The notes: generated by a model from the sequence alone, not told the origin. 64,000 nt of DNA from Tricharina praecox (GCF_024521635.1 NW_026250408.1:1426001-1490000); one strand, 5' to 3'. Shown: positions 1 to 14,191, counted from the stretch's first letter. Made by a program: numbers and translations.

Positions 1-3000
1 GCGCCTCAACCAGTGCTCCCATACCTAGTTACACTGATGCCATCTCGCTCCTCCTGAAAGCCCCTTCGGACATTCGGCGTAGCCTCACTGCCTCACCGAG
101 CGGCTCCGTCCTCCGCGCTGTTATTCCGCCCACGACCTTTCGGACTGACTGTCGGCGTGTTGGTCGAGGTCCGAGGAGCCGGACTGCAGTCCTGAGGTTT
201 TGACGGACTACGTCATGAAAATAATCCGTCAAATCCGAGATTTCTGAGGCCTGCTAGTCGAATGGATAAAAGGAATATTCATATGTAAAGAGCCTCAAAA
301 TTACCAGGTGTTGACACTGCAGGCAAGGTCCTCGCAGCTCCAATCCGCCACGTGTTCAAGCCACCGCACGGACCATATGGCGCCACACTTGGCCGTCGAC
401 TGCAGTCGACCACCGTCCGTCCATCCGTCCAGTCTTAACACCTCTCAGACTGCCCCCCCAAGTCTAAGCCTCGAGCAGTCGCAGTCGCAATCATTGGTTG
501 AGTCTGCGAATCGGCGAATCGGCGAGTCGATTGCTATTCGTTCAGACTCCAGAGTCGATTGGCAAAAAGCAATCGCTATCTACTAGTAGTGCCGTCGATC
601 GATGGATCGGTGCTGGTGTAATACTGAAGTTGCGCTTCCCGATTTCTCTGCCACGATTGGAATTTGGGTGTGCACACTGCACACTATACTGCATACTGCA
701 CACGTCCTCGGTTGTCCATGAGTTGGGAGGCAGCAAGTATTCGCAGGAAGCCTACCTACACACATACAATCGGTTTCATGGAGTAATCAGCTTCGATGAT
801 CCGCATGATAATTATGTAGGAGCAAACACGAAAGGTGGCTACCCGTGATTCGGGGGTATGTACGGGGACAGGGCAAGGCAAGCTCCCGGAGGTGGAGAGC
901 AGAAGACATAAAGTAACTGTGTCAATCATCAACCTCCGGTCTCCTCCTATTGTTCTCGAGGAGTTTCCGGATGTGATGGCACTGCAAGTCTGTAAATCGG
1001 CCACCACTGGATCCAAACGGCCACTGCTCCGTAGCAAGCAAGCCCTGCGGAGCCCTCCGCGATGAAATGTGTGTATTCCAGAGACTCGTCCTCGAGAACA
1101 CCGACGTAGGGAACATGACGTATGTAGGGAAAATCCGGCAGGCCCAGTGGATGGTAGGTACCTTTCACCCTCCCCGCCTACGAGGGTCTCCCAGTCTGAG
1201 GTCTCGGCGTCTCGCGGATCTACTCCTACGGACTGGCCACGGCAGCTTATTATATTGCACTCCCTATCTTCTTCCTCCTTCTCCTTCTCGACGACTGGAC
1301 GCCTTGTTGGCGGGCGGAGACTTCGTGTTCATTCCGTGTGGGCGGCAGGCACCTGGTACGATCACGATCACGATCCATGGGGGGGCGAGACCTCAGACGC
1401 TCGCTCACGACGGTTCGTTTGGCAGGCCGCGACGCCAGTCAGCAGAGTTGTGCGGTAGTGGACGGCGTCGGGGACGTCTTGCAAACATAATAGATACCTC
1501 ACAGTCTATTCATAACCAGCACCCAGCTACCCAGTGTGTCGTGGCAACTGGCAAGGCTGGCCGCTGGCGAGACTCGAGAGAGCGTCGATCAACTTGGAAA
1601 GGCTGGCGAGAGAGAACGTTGATCGTATCGTCATGGGAAATAGCAGGCAGGCTAGGGAAACAGGAGCCTCGTCGGTTGGCCATTTGTGCATACACCTGTA
1701 TGTAGCAGTATTACGAAGGGGGCGGAACTTTGAGAACCTGCCTCGAGTTAGTTATGCATGTACCTACCGTAGTACCGTAGGTATTATAGATACGGTGACA
1801 AGGTGACTCGGTGAGGTGATGCCGATGCTGATGCCGATAGTGAAGGACAGCGGGACTTGGGACGCAAGGAGTAAGACGGTAAGATGGTAAGATGTCGAAG
1901 CACGGGCGATGGACTCGGAGATGCTGCTCTACGCTAGAGTCCACTCTAGCGCGAAGGCGGTTCGGGATTGTCTTGGATTGCGGGTTTGACGACGGTACTA
2001 CTCTACAGACTACCGGTATGTACCGGTGATATGTAGCAGAGGACAGTAGAGTAGATGATGGAGAGGAATCACTCCGCACTCCGCACCCCACGTAGAGTAC
2101 CTAGAATAGTTGTCACACCTACAACTTTGACTTCTCGGTACTTTCTTTTTATACCCTCAAAAACAAGGTGAACTGCCGGTACCTAGCGCCCTGACAGCTG
2201 GCCCCCGGGGACAGATGAACAGATACATGCTCTAGGTGCCATGGCACCTGGGTCCTGCTGTGACGCCCGACGCCCGACGCCAATTCCTCGCGTACTCTAG
2301 GTATATCTACCGTACATCAGACGTCTAGTAATACACTGTCTCTCGTCACTCGTGAGCTTAGACTTGCAATTATTGGCTGCCACTGCCGTGGTAGATATAT
2401 CATGTGGACGGACGACTTGCGTTCGAATCTCGATAAAGTAGTAAGTACTGGTATGTTGAGTATGTTGGGTATCTAAGTATGTAGAAGAGTAAAGGTATAG
2501 TAGATATAGTACAGGTAGAGTCTAGAGATATAGTATATACAAGAAAAAAACATCTAGAGTAATCGTAATCGTAAAGCCACCCATCCCATAGGTATCGTGA
2601 GTATCCACCTGCCGTCCAGCCCATTCGTCCAGCCCATCCGTCGTCAAAGTGCATGTTCCCCTTCCATCAGTTCCACCCTTCACCCTGCCACCTGCCACCT
2701 GCCAGAATCGACTCCTCCGAGCTCCTCCGCTCTACCGGTACGCCCCCCCCAGCTCGTATTCAGAAACCCTCCCGGAACCATGCCAATCAATCGCAGCTCC
2801 TCCAGCGTGAAACCCCCGTAAGTCCACCCCGCGCATCCCCCATCCCCCATAGGCTCACCCGCTCCCCGGGTCCCCACCATGATGTCCGTCCGTCAACCGA
2901 TCCAGTATCCAGTATCCACGAGGTAGGTACTCTCCCATGGCCATGGCCATGGAAGTATATCCCCCCACCCTCCCTATGCAGCCAGCTTTCGTTTTTCCCC

Positions 3001-3393
3001 GTCCAATCGATTGTCTGTCCACACCATAGCAATGGCAATGCACACTCTGCCCGTTTCCCCATCCAGGTTCCACCGTCCACCGTCCAATCTCCCATCCCCT
3101 CCTCACTAGCCCTGGCCCTGGCCTTTTGTCTAGAAAAAATACACGTAACTGGTATCTGGAGCGCACCAAGGAAATGAAAGGAAATAAGGAAATAGGTATT
3201 ATAACGCCAGGAAAGGAAGAACACCATGAAAAGTAGAAGGAATAACACCAGCAAAAGAAGAAATAACAGAAGAAAGAAGAAGAAAGTCGCTCCGGTTGGT
3301 TTTTTCGCTCCGCTGCCTCCTCTCCGTCGGGGCTCGGAAGATAGCATAGCATGGCGTGTTCATGTCCTGTCGTTCTCATTCTCATTCCCACCC

Positions 3394-3942
3394 TCATTCT
3401 TGCCGCTCTTCGGCCGCCTCGGCGGCGGTAGTGGTGACAGCAAGCAGTGCAAAATCCGCGCACCGCTCCTGCTCATCGCGAATCCTGAAGCGATCCCTGC
3501 CCATTGTCGTCGCCGTCTTCTTCTTAACAATTCCTTGTCTAGCCGCCGCGCTCCTTACGGAACTGCCGTTCGTCGCTGCTGTCGAGCTGCTGGGTCCCTT
3601 GTGGTGGCGTTGGTCGTGGTGGTGTTTGCGCATGGACGAGGGCAGTGTCCCAGCAAGCGCACGCTCCAGTCGGTCGTTCGACGTGAGCCAGCGGGTCATT
3701 TGCGTGTCGGCCTCCTGGGATTGTGGCTGGGGTTGGGCTTGGGATTGTTGTTGTGTCATGCACATGGTGTATGCGGATAGATCTATGCCAAAGACGTTGC
3801 TGGGTAGGTCTTGGATCAGTTTCATAATTCATATGCATAATGCAGGGCCGGAAATAAAACATTCCCGGGGGACTCACCTGGTCGAGCTGGTGCGAGTGTT
3901 TGACTGCGAGGTGGGGGGAGCGTTGTCGTTGGTCATCGCCAT
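3394..3942 (-). CDS. Hypothetical low-complexity protein, ~156 aa, 2 exons (3942-3878, 3799-3394)
   Basis: ATG in AAAGATGGCG context at 3942, donor AG|GTGAGT at 3877, branch ACTGAT and acceptor CCCAG at 3800. The phase-2 join continues into the 3394-3825 ORF (SNVFGIDLSAY...EERQE*). No recognisable domain. Confidence 0.5.
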
Positions 3943-6900
3943 CTTTGAATTGGGTGTTGGATTTAGGATACTGAGTGTTGGATATTGGGTATTGGATGTT
4001 GGCAATGGTGATCGGGACCGATCGAGTTCAAGATGTAGATGGAGATGGAAGCTGGCTGGAGAAGTGCGGGGGGAGGGGTCTTAAACTCTATCCATTGCGA
4101 TCGTAAAACAACATCGAAGGTCAACGACGGAGACAACTATGCGGCACCACCACCATCGCCGCTGGAGGGTGGTCGAAGTGGCTCAAGGGCGCATCTCGCC
4201 CCGGCGGCCGACTATGGTGCCAGCTCTCCCTCTCTCTCTCCCCAACTTCACAAGGCATACCGAGCGGCCTGGCCTGGACAGGACGGGAAAGGCTGGATTG
4301 CCAGCACCAGCGGCGGCAGCAGTGCGACCTCGAAGCAACGTCATGGAACGGTGCGGGTGTTCCGTTCTGTTTACCGCAGTGGGCGGTGGGAGTGGTGCGA
4401 AGCGGTGGGGAGCGGTGGAGTGCGCTCGTATTCGCCGGTACTGGTAGACTACATTGCCTTGGCCATCACGAGCGTCGCTTCGCCATGGGACAGCCCATGG
4501 ACAGCCTACTGGTCAGGCCGTTGCAGTGCTGCTCAGTACCTGTTCCTCTCGACCCAGAGACGTGGCACACACACACAGAAGCACAGAAGCACCGAAGCCC
4601 GATGGCAGACAGCTAGCTACACGCAGCCATCTGGTCGATTGCGGGATTGGGATTGGCCCGTTGGGAGGCTTTGCGAATTGTTTATCCCGCGTGGGATGAA
4701 GTCTGAAGAGATGGTATGTACTATGTAGAGTGCTGCGACGGAGGCACTGAGGCAGTGGAGCGGTAAGGGACCAGCAGCTCTGATCTGCGCTGCCCGGGCG
4801 TCCAAGTGGCCAGGTGGATCTAGACCATCTGTTTTTTTCTTTTCTTTTTATTTTTCCCTTCTTTTTTTTCTCCTTGTTATCTACACCCACCTGCTAACTT
4901 GCCGGTACTCTACTTGTCAGTTTCCAGCCTTACTATTCACTGTCAGACTGTCTCTCTCACCGCCCAAGCGACGCCGATCCTCCCCCTCATCCCCCGCCGG
5001 GCCCACGACGGTGACGGTGACAATGACGGTGAATTGACGATCGTCGCCGGAGCTTCCCTCTTTAGCCGCGCGGGCGGGCGGTGAGGGTGAGCTCGTTCGT
5101 CCGGAGCCCCCCAGAAGGGACCCCAGGAGGGCTCACCCCCACCACTGACGTACCGTATGTACATACTTTACATGTACTTTATGTACTCTACAGAGGCAGC
5201 ATGCCTGCCTGCAGGCCCGCAGACAGGCATCGACGATCGTCTTCTTCAGGCAACGTTCTGGATGGTTCTACTCCCCGAGGAATCCACACACCCATCCATC
5301 CATCCGCCGCAGGGGGGTGGAGGGGGTGAGTGGGGGAGGGAACAGAAACGGAGCTCGACCAAAGATGAAGATGACTCGCTGTCTTTTCCGCCGTTCCGGT
5401 CGTGCTGGTCTGGTAAGAAAGAAAGAACGAAAGAACGAACCCTACCGTATTCTGTCCGGCATGGACCAAATTCGAATTCCTCATCATCATCACGAGGCAG
5501 GAAGAAGCAAGCAACTTCCCCCCTCCCCCATTGCCCTTCCTCTTTCATCCGTCCGAAGTTTGCTTTGCTTTCTTCTGTTTGTTCCGAGAATCCGAGCCTA
5601 CCCTGTCGCTTTCCTGCAACAAATTATCGGAGAGAATTGAAAGTTCCAATCCAGCTTCAATGCAACCCCACTCCGCCCCCGTCGAGAGAGGGGAGAGACC
5701 CTGATGGGGCCTGACCCCGGTACTCTACATACTCTACTCTACCCGACTCCAGCAGTGCAGCATGGGTGCTTTACTCGAGAGAGTAGAGGAGGAATAAGTG
5801 GATAGAACGACTACCGACACAGCTCCAGCATATCCATCATCCAGCGTCTTCCCATCGCCTGTAGAGTATGCACCCGATTGTTGGTGCAAGGGACGAGAAC
5901 GCCTACTGTCATGATCATTGGAGAATCGGCGGATTGAATTATTGGATGCGCACACTCCAACCCACCCCATCGCATCCAATCCGTCCAGACCCCACTTCGC
6001 ACCTCGCATGGCATCACACGAGCTCCCCTCCCCTCCCCAAATCTTTCTGTCTGTCGGAAAAACCAGCACGGTCTGCTGTCAACTGCCTGCTGTATTCTGT
6101 CTACCTGGCCTGCTGGTCTGTGCTGGCTGGCTGTGAGGCGGAAAAAATGAAAAACAATCTGGAGATTGCAAACGCCCCTCCTCCCTTCTACCACTACTAC
6201 CACTGGTACGGCATGGCATCACTGCCTTGTGCCCCGCCGCCGCCGCCGTGGTCGTGGTCGTGGTCGTGATCGCGGTCGTGGTCGTGGCTTCCCTTCCGAG
6301 CTGTGCTGTGCTGAGCTTCTGGAAGCCTGAAGGAAGCCTGAACTTTGCACTTTGAATGAAAGTTTGAAGCTTGGATCGCCTGCCGCCGCCCGCGCGGCAA
6401 GAAGCACAACCACAACCACAACCACAACGGGTTCCCAAGGCCGCAGCCTCAACTCGATCTCGACCTGTACAACTCAACTCAACTGTATGCATAATCACAA
6501 TCACGACCGCCCACCATCATCCACAAAAGCTAAATAGAGTGTTGTGTGCACCCCCCAAGTGTGTAAAACAATGACATGGCGCGCCGACCTTTGCCAACTG
6601 ACAACTACTGCCCACCCACACCCACGCCGCCGGCTTTAATTTAGTCTTCAGGTGCAAGGGCAAGGCACGGAATCCCAGATTGTGGATACGTAAAATAGAG
6701 TATAAAGACGTATAAAGGCCCACGACGGTGCACGGTCCATCCATCATCAAGATTCCTTCCCATTTCCCAGGGCTTTCCCCAGGCCTCTTCCCCTTCTGCT
6801 TAAATTACATATCATACTATACAGCTCGTCGCCTTCACAAAGTCTTCTTACACCGCCGACAAATGCATACGCCTGCCTCCCTCCCTCTCCTCTCGCCGAA

Positions 6901-7347
6901 CGTGTGAGATATACCGTGTACATATGGTATATGACCGACAGAGATGCCAATGCCAAAGCCATGCGAACCGAACCCGCCCCAACGGAAGTTGGAAATTGGA
7001 ACCAGTCGGGGAAAAAAACTCCGCCCCACCGATGAATGGATGATCAATCAAGTAAAAGGTATCAAAGGCCACGCAGACGAAGAGAAGAAAAAAAGAAAAA
7101 GAAAGAAAAGGAAAGAAAAAAAGGAAAAGAAAAAAAGGAAAAGAAAAAAAAAGCAAAGAACCCCCCATATCCAGCCCGAACCTTCCGGCAACACGCCCAA
7201 AGCAAATAATAATAATATCAAACAAGAGAAAAGAAGAAAAAAAATCAAGTAGTGTAGAACCTCCCGCAATTGCAAAAACAGATTACCAAACAAGCAAAAA
7301 AAACAAATCTTGTAACCGACCAGAGCCTTCTAGGTATATGACCACAC

Positions 7348-9646
7348 CTACGCGCAAGGCGAAACGACGGGCTTCCACCCATCGTAAAACAGCTGCGAGC
7401 ACCAAAACATGGGGCTCTCGTACTGGGCCGTGTCCCTCAGTATCTGCAGGCTGCCAGCCTGGTGCTTTGCAGCCGTGCTGATCTCGTCCATGAAGCGCCT
7501 GTGCGTCTCGGTCGGCTTGTCGGGTATGCTCTTCTTCCAGTCCTGGGCGAACCGTCCGTATCCACGGGTGACGTGGTGGAAGTGTGTCAACATGATGTTT
7601 GCTCCGAAGAAGACGTTGTCGATCAGTTGGTAGTGCGAAAATCGCGTCTATCGCAAACCAATCAGCCGGGGAATCCTAGGGTAGAGTAGAATAGAGTCGA
7701 GTCGGTCGCATCGTTCGGTCGGTCAATCGGCTGCGATCCGAACCGAGCCAGCCGAGCCCAAACAAAATAAAATAAATAAAAGGGTACGTACCTTAATGTT
7801 CCATCGCTGGGCGAACCAGCGGTCGTGCGCGATGGTGAGCTCAATGTTGTGAAGCAGAATGTACATGGTGAGGAAAATCTCCATAAAGTCCTTCGGTCTG
7901 TTCTCGAGCACCTTCTTCTGCAGCTCCTGGAGAATCTGCTTCTTGAGCGGCAGCAGGATCCTGCAGATGGTGATGTTGTCGATCTGAAAGTCCATAACCG
8001 GAGTCACGGGAACCTTGCGGTAATATGGGCTCTTTGGGTCGCTGTCGGGTTGCATCCCGAGCTTCTCGCTGCCAGTAATCTCCCATGGATCTTCGATGAT
8101 TCGGCTGGCGGTCCAGAGACGGAGCGCATTCCTAAGGAGGGAGGACTGTGTTCGGGGTCAGTCTCATCCATATTGACCACAACCAGTAGCGGAGCGTTGC
8201 CCGGTTGCAAGGGGTACGACTACTACTAAGTGCAATAAACTACTGGGACTGCTTAGTACTCACCCCCTCATTGCTTATTTTTAGCGCCATTTGGAACGTC
8301 TTCCAAGGAATCGTTTCCTCCGACCCGATCTTCTTCTTGATGTACGACTCGGTATGGTCGCCAACGTATCTGTTGATGGCGTCCTGCGCGCCGGAGATGT
8401 CGGCAACCGCGTATCGTGGCATCTCCAGGGACTTCTTCGCGCCGTTGCTGCAGTCGGTCCAGAAGTACTTGTCCGTGTCCTCGGGCTGGGGTTCGTACTT
8501 TTTGACGACCAGTTCGAGTCGGAGACCCATGCCCTGCGTCACGAACAGACGCGTCTGCGGCGAGCGCCAGACTTTGGTGTCGTTGAAGGGAGTCTGAAGC
8601 CACTTGCGTTGTGTCCAGCGGAATTCGTCGGTCGGCCCCTGGCGGAACAGCTCCGAAGAACTTAGGCGAGCCCGGAAGCACGGCATATCCGGCATCGGGT
8701 TGAGGTTGCTGCAGTATTTACAGCATGCTCCTTCAATCTTGACGCACTGTTGGTCGACCAAAACAAGTCAGCAGACGAAGAAGAAGTACGAATGGAAAAA
8801 GAAAAAAAAGAAGAAGAGAAAAAGAAAAGAAAAGAAAAGAAAAGAAAAGCATACCCTCTTCCGGTTCTTCCAGCACCGCAGACAAGCGCCCTCGAGCCGA
8901 GTCATATGGGTCTCAATCTTCTGGTCATGCGAAAACTTCTTACGGATCCTCCGAGTCTTGTCGCGGGGTGCGAGTTCCTCGACGCCTCTAGTAGCCTTCG
9001 AGACGGGTGATATGGTGGCCGCCCGTGTGCTGGAGATGGAGCCGCGAGACGACGCCGAAGAGGAAGCGGAGGACGACGGCAGTCTCCTTTTATGCGAGTG
9101 CGAGTGTGAGTGCGAGTACGAGTGGGCGTGGCTGTGCGTGTGGACCGCGATGGCGACTTCCGGCGACGGCGTGGCTTGGAGGATCGGCCCGCGTGTAGGG
9201 CGGAGTGCAGGACCATCGCCTCCGCTACCGAAGCTTCCGAAGGACTCGACACTATTGCTACGGGTCTCCATCTGTGTGTTGCTGCCGCCGCTGTACGGCG
9301 TGTCGCCGCTCGCCGAGCTACCGCTAAAACTGCCGCCACGGTCCATCCGGTCGTCCATGCTCGACTCCATCACGTTGTGCTGCTGCTGCAGGTACGCCAA
9401 CGGTTGACCGAAGCCACCGAAGCAGTTGGCGGTTTCGATGGTCGGCATCGGAGGCGGCATCGGCATCGAGTAGCTGCTGCTGTCGTTTTCGTCCTCGACG
9501 GGGAAGTTCGTGTTCCACGACACGTAGTAATTTATCGAGTCGCCGTAGGACATGATCTCGTCGAACATGGATGCGTACGGCGCAGCCCATAGAATCTGCT
9601 CGCTGTCGAAACTCGCCCTTGAATACTGAGACTGTTGATACGCCAT
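7348..9646 (-). CDS. Zn(II)2Cys6 binuclear-cluster transcription factor-like protein, ~642 aa, 4 exons (9646-8855, 8746-8264, 8145-7792, 7647-7348)
   Basis: Three phase-0 introns with GTATGC/GTGAGT/GTACGT donors, CTGAC/CTGAT branch sites and YAG acceptors join four ORF pieces. The spliced product reads CLRCWKNRKR|CVKIEGACCKYCSNLNPMPDMPC (CX2CX6C..CX2C..C) after a basic helix and a Ser/His-rich disordered N-terminus. A globular C-terminal region follows (LWTASRIIE...VPVTPVMDFQ...LTHFH). Confidence 0.85.
8795..8849. repeat. (GAAAA)n-type purine microsatellite inside intron 1 of the Zn-cluster gene
   Basis: AAAAG repeated directly; it forms the polypyrimidine body of the intron on the minus strand. 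Confidence 0.9.
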
Positions 9647-12148
9647 GCTGTAGATTTCTATATCGTTGTCTACGAAGCGATGGGGGGTGGTGGTATGTGG
9701 TGTATAGTATATGGTGTGTGGTGTGATGACGACCGAGGGTGGTGATGACAGGTGACCGGAGAGATGCGGGATGGTCAACCACCACTTTTGTACAAGGCGA
9801 TTGCTCGGACAGATGGAGACTGAATGGGGGTAGGTGTGATGGGATGGGGGGATGTGACGTGATGAGGGTAGGTGAGGGTTGGTGAAGTGAGGTTATTGAA
9901 CAAAAGGTGGATGGGGCAGCGGGTGAATTATAATATAGCCTTCCTGGAATGGCTAGGCGACTGGGTGACACAGATATAAGGATAGGTATCAAGCCACACG
10001 CCAGAACTATACGCGTAGGAGGCAAAACAAAGAAGGCGAGACGTAGGGGGACCCGAGAAGAATAGGAGTAATCGGGTATGTGGAGAGTATTTTGAGATAT
10101 CAGATAGGCGGGCTGGGGGTGGGGATAAGCGGGGGTGGGTGTGTGTTGTGGAATGTTGGTGAACGATGATGATGCTGATGATGATTCTAAGAGTCTAAAG
10201 GTACAAAACAAAAAGGTTGGTCTTCACCGCCTCGCAGTTCCATTGGGGGGTGGGGTGGGGGGGTTGTGTGAGTGGACGGGCAGCTGGTTTTAACAGAACC
10301 GGGAAGGGAACAAGTAAGTACATTCGTCACTGCATCATCAACAGGTCAGTTACATCATTGTGCAGAATAGGCAAGGGTGAGTCCATCACGTTGGAAGGGA
10401 AGGTTGCACCAGGGGGTTGCGCGCCAGGGAGGGAGCGTGCGGTCGGACGGACTGATTTGGTTTGGCTGGGACCCAGGGATCTGACATGCTCGACTACTCT
10501 ACGGGTCGACCGGCCCAGGGGAAGGAAGAGCAGGAGCAGCAACAGCTGCAGCGCCAGGAGCAGGGGCGCAACGGACATAACAAGGGTGGGGGCCGCGGCT
10601 GTGGCGCGGGGCGAGGAGGCGAGGGAGCTGCTAGGGAAGCGAGAGGTGCAGTCGCGGGCACACGCGCCACACCAGTGACATCGTTGACGAAGACTGGTCC
10701 CAATGCAGATTCCAGCTCCCCCGCCATGGGGCTAGGTCTGGGACTGCGGCGGCAACGAACCGTATGTGGACGACGTACTGTTGCGTACATATCGGTACTC
10801 ACCAGCATTTTCTCAGGCAGATCGACTAATTCTTCTTACTTGCTTGCTTACTCACTTTTTACTCACTTACTTCTACTCTACTGCCTACCGGTACTCGTCA
10901 CACACCACACCCCCGGGCGGAGGAATCGTACATACGGACGTCTGATTGCGCGCGCACGTAGGGAGGGGAAAGAAAGAAAGAAAAACTTGATGCGATTGTT
11001 GATTGTACACTGACGTTGTTGCGTTCATTCGGCCAGAGAAGGGCAGGCGGAAACGACGGGCGCGTGTAGGCAGGAGGTATGTGGTCATCGTTCATGATCT
11101 CTATGCGAGCGTCATAATCGATGCGAGTGAGTCGTGCATCCCAACGTTGACGGATGAGACACGCATACGTAAGGGAAAGACATCGCCCGGAGGCGGGCCG
11201 AAATGTCGTTGCTGCCGCCGCTGCTCCGTTGTCGCAGTCGACTCTTCTCCGAAATCGCAGCGGTCAAGGTGGGGGTGGTGGGGGTGGGGCCGTCGCTCGA
11301 TAAACGAAAGTCAATCCCCCCGCGATGGAGACCTCCCTTTGTGCTGAGTCGCTCACACGGCCAGGCGGCCGAAACTGTCTCGGACGCTGTCGGGATTCCA
11401 AGCGGACGATGGGATACGACGGATGTGGCTACCGCCTTGGATACCGCCTTGACCACTTCTCGTCGTCCGAGCTTCTCGCAACCGGCCTAGCAGCCACCCC
11501 TCAGATTTGCGGCAGCCGAATCCGAGCGAACGACAGCGTCAACGCACCTACGCACGGCCCAAGAGGAAAGAAGCAAACAAAGAAAGAAGAAAAAGAAAAT
11601 CCCCATCACTTACTCTGCAGATACTCGACGTAATTGCCCAAGTACGGCTTCGCTGTGGCGTCGATTTCTACTCGTGGAGGCTTCAATAATGCGTGCGGAG
11701 ACGACGCCGCCACTGCCTCGAAAAGAAAAGAAGAAAATAAAACACACCTACGAGACTCCGGGCAATTCATAGCTGACCTCGACGGAAATGTGAATCATTC
11801 GTCCACAACCTCGCCGTGAGATGGTTGATCGCAGAGGGGCACAGTACAGTCAACTGTCAGTCTGCCTAGCGGAGAGTGCGGGTGGCAAAGCTTGATTCTC
11901 ATGCTCCACTCGCCACTGGATGTGATGGCTGTCGGTGACTCTTGACTTTCGGAGCCGGTTCCGGATGGAAATGCTATGTATTGGATATGCACGCAGACGT
12001 CCTGGCCCAAGAGAGTCATGTCGCCGATGAACGATGAATAGGGGGAACCAAGCCCGATCGGTTTGTTTGGTTGCCTAAGTACTTACGCGCTCCAGAAGAA
12101 AAGTTGGATGATGGCCATCCAGAATACCGGTATCATATCGTGACTGGT

Positions 12149-12350
12149 CACGGGCTTTGTTCCGACCAATCGATATGCGGCGAGACAGGTGCGCGGACGC
12201 ACTCTGGAATCTGGATTGCCCGCAAAGCTCCGATTAACTACGGCAACAACTGCCACGGGCCTTATTCCGGCCAATCGATACGCGGCAAGACTGGTGCTCG
12301 GAAGCACTTTGGACTGCCCGTAAAGCTCCGACTAACTGTGGCATCAACTG
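12149..12350. repeat. Diverged ~105-bp tandem duplication (2 copies plus a fragment)
   Basis: CACGGGC(T/C)TT(G/A)TTCCG(A/G)CCAATCGATA...AAAGCTCCGA(T/C)TAACT..GGCA(A/T)CAACTG starts at 12149 and again at 12254. Confidence 0.85.
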
Positions 12351-14191
12351 CTGTCCGTGGCCAATCCGTGAGACAAGGTGTCTATCGGTAGTTATTTGCC
12401 GATCCAGTGACCGTGAAAGAGCCACAGGCCAGGTACGATACCTACCGTGGCTTAGTTCCCGCGCCGGCCCGCTTTTCGCCAGTTTAAGGCTACCTAGCTC
12501 TGCCACCCCCCTACATACGCGAGCCCTTTGATAACCACAACCACAACCACGGTATCACTGCATCTTTAGCTTTCCACTACGCTTCATCTCACATCCGTAC
12601 CAATTGGCCCTTCAATCAAGCTGCAAAGTCGTCAACTGCCCGTTCGCCATCAGCATTCAAGGGGCAATCCTCCATTCAGGCAATCCTCCATTCAGCAACC
12701 CCTCCTCCCCCGAATGCATACCAATCGGACTTGCATCAGTCTCCGGATCCGATCGGGACCTGAGTAGAGGATCCCGATTCGCCCCGCGGCCATGGCAAGC
12801 TAGACTACCTAGTATGTGCGTATGTAACCAACCGGGCGGATCCATTCCGCTCATGGAGCTGACCAGTCACAGTCACAGTCGTTTACATACCGAATTTACC
12901 TATATGGTTGAAGTTCCGATGAGCCTTGCGTACAACTCGCTTCTTGGAACGTTCTGGTAGCTGCCGGTGGAACATACCGGTCCCTACAAGCCGGTTATGT
13001 GATGAATGGATAGACTCGTCTGCCTGCGTAGGTCCTTCATTGAACGGATTGATAGGCTCGTCTGCTTCTGTACCTAGAGGCTGGTTCCGCCATTCACCGT
13101 CCATCCCCGATTCTCAGACTTAGGCAACAGCACTCGGGGAGTCGGGGTTTTAAAGTCCCATAGCCACAGGGTCTAGCCATCACTGGTCAGAGCACCAAAA
13201 CCTTCGGAGGTGTGATATGTAGTATGTACACTCTATTGGACCCTCGTAGCGGGTTTCAAGGTGGATGGCATCAAAACGAGGGTGGATGCAAACAATCGAA
13301 CCATTTCGGTACATGCCGTTTCACGCAGGATGGATATGCGCACTGCGCAGTGATTGCCAGTGTGCTCGGTCAATAGTTACCCAGTTCCTAGGCTTACTCC
13401 GCGGGCCTACCTACTTATGTACATGCGGCCGTCATTTCGTCAATATTAGGATTCAGGCAACAGCTTCACAACTCCTCCGTGGTTAACTTTGGCAGCGGAT
13501 GAATCACTACAGACCCCAGGTCTGCATGCGAACGGCCACTGGCCCATGACTAGTGGCCTCGATGTTGGCTACATTGGCTGCACTGGCGGTACGGATATAG
13601 GAATCAGGACCATGACACTCTCCAATGTCCATGCCGCACTTACCACATGCATACCTACGCTATCGGAGACTCTGAGTGACCCCTTTTTCTTTCCTTTCCT
13701 TTCCTTTCATTTGTGATGGCTATAGGCCCATAGGTTTCGAGGGGCACCAGACTTCGCTCTCCGCGTGTTCACTGTTCAGTGCACTAAATCTCACTCACGC
13801 TGACGTCGAGTGATCTCGATCGACACGGATCTGGGGCCTGCGGGGGCTTGCGGGCAGTGGTCAATGGCCACTGGAGTCTGGCACAGTGGCACTGTGACAC
13901 ATGCCGGAAATAGATCTAGTCATACTCAGCATCACGTTACCTGCGTCCTATGTAGGACCCAGGTATGCGTACTGAAGTCTGAACTTTGAAGCCCTAGCCG
14001 TTTCTGTTTTTGTCTGTCGAAGACTGAAGCTTTCTTTCCCATGTCCCAACTTCTAAGTGGTTTGTGGTTTTCTTTGGAGTGGTGGTGGTGGTGGCGGGCC
14101 GGGGTGGATCTGCTGCAGTGCTGCACTGGCTTGGCCAAGATCTTGTACCCAGTACTCCGGTTACTAACCACACACTGGTATCACGTATCGA

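Noticed and set aside
199..233. Inverted repeat TTTGACGGA...TCCGTCAAA
   Set aside because: Only a 9-bp stem, with no partner end, target-site duplication or transposase nearby. Compatible with chance.
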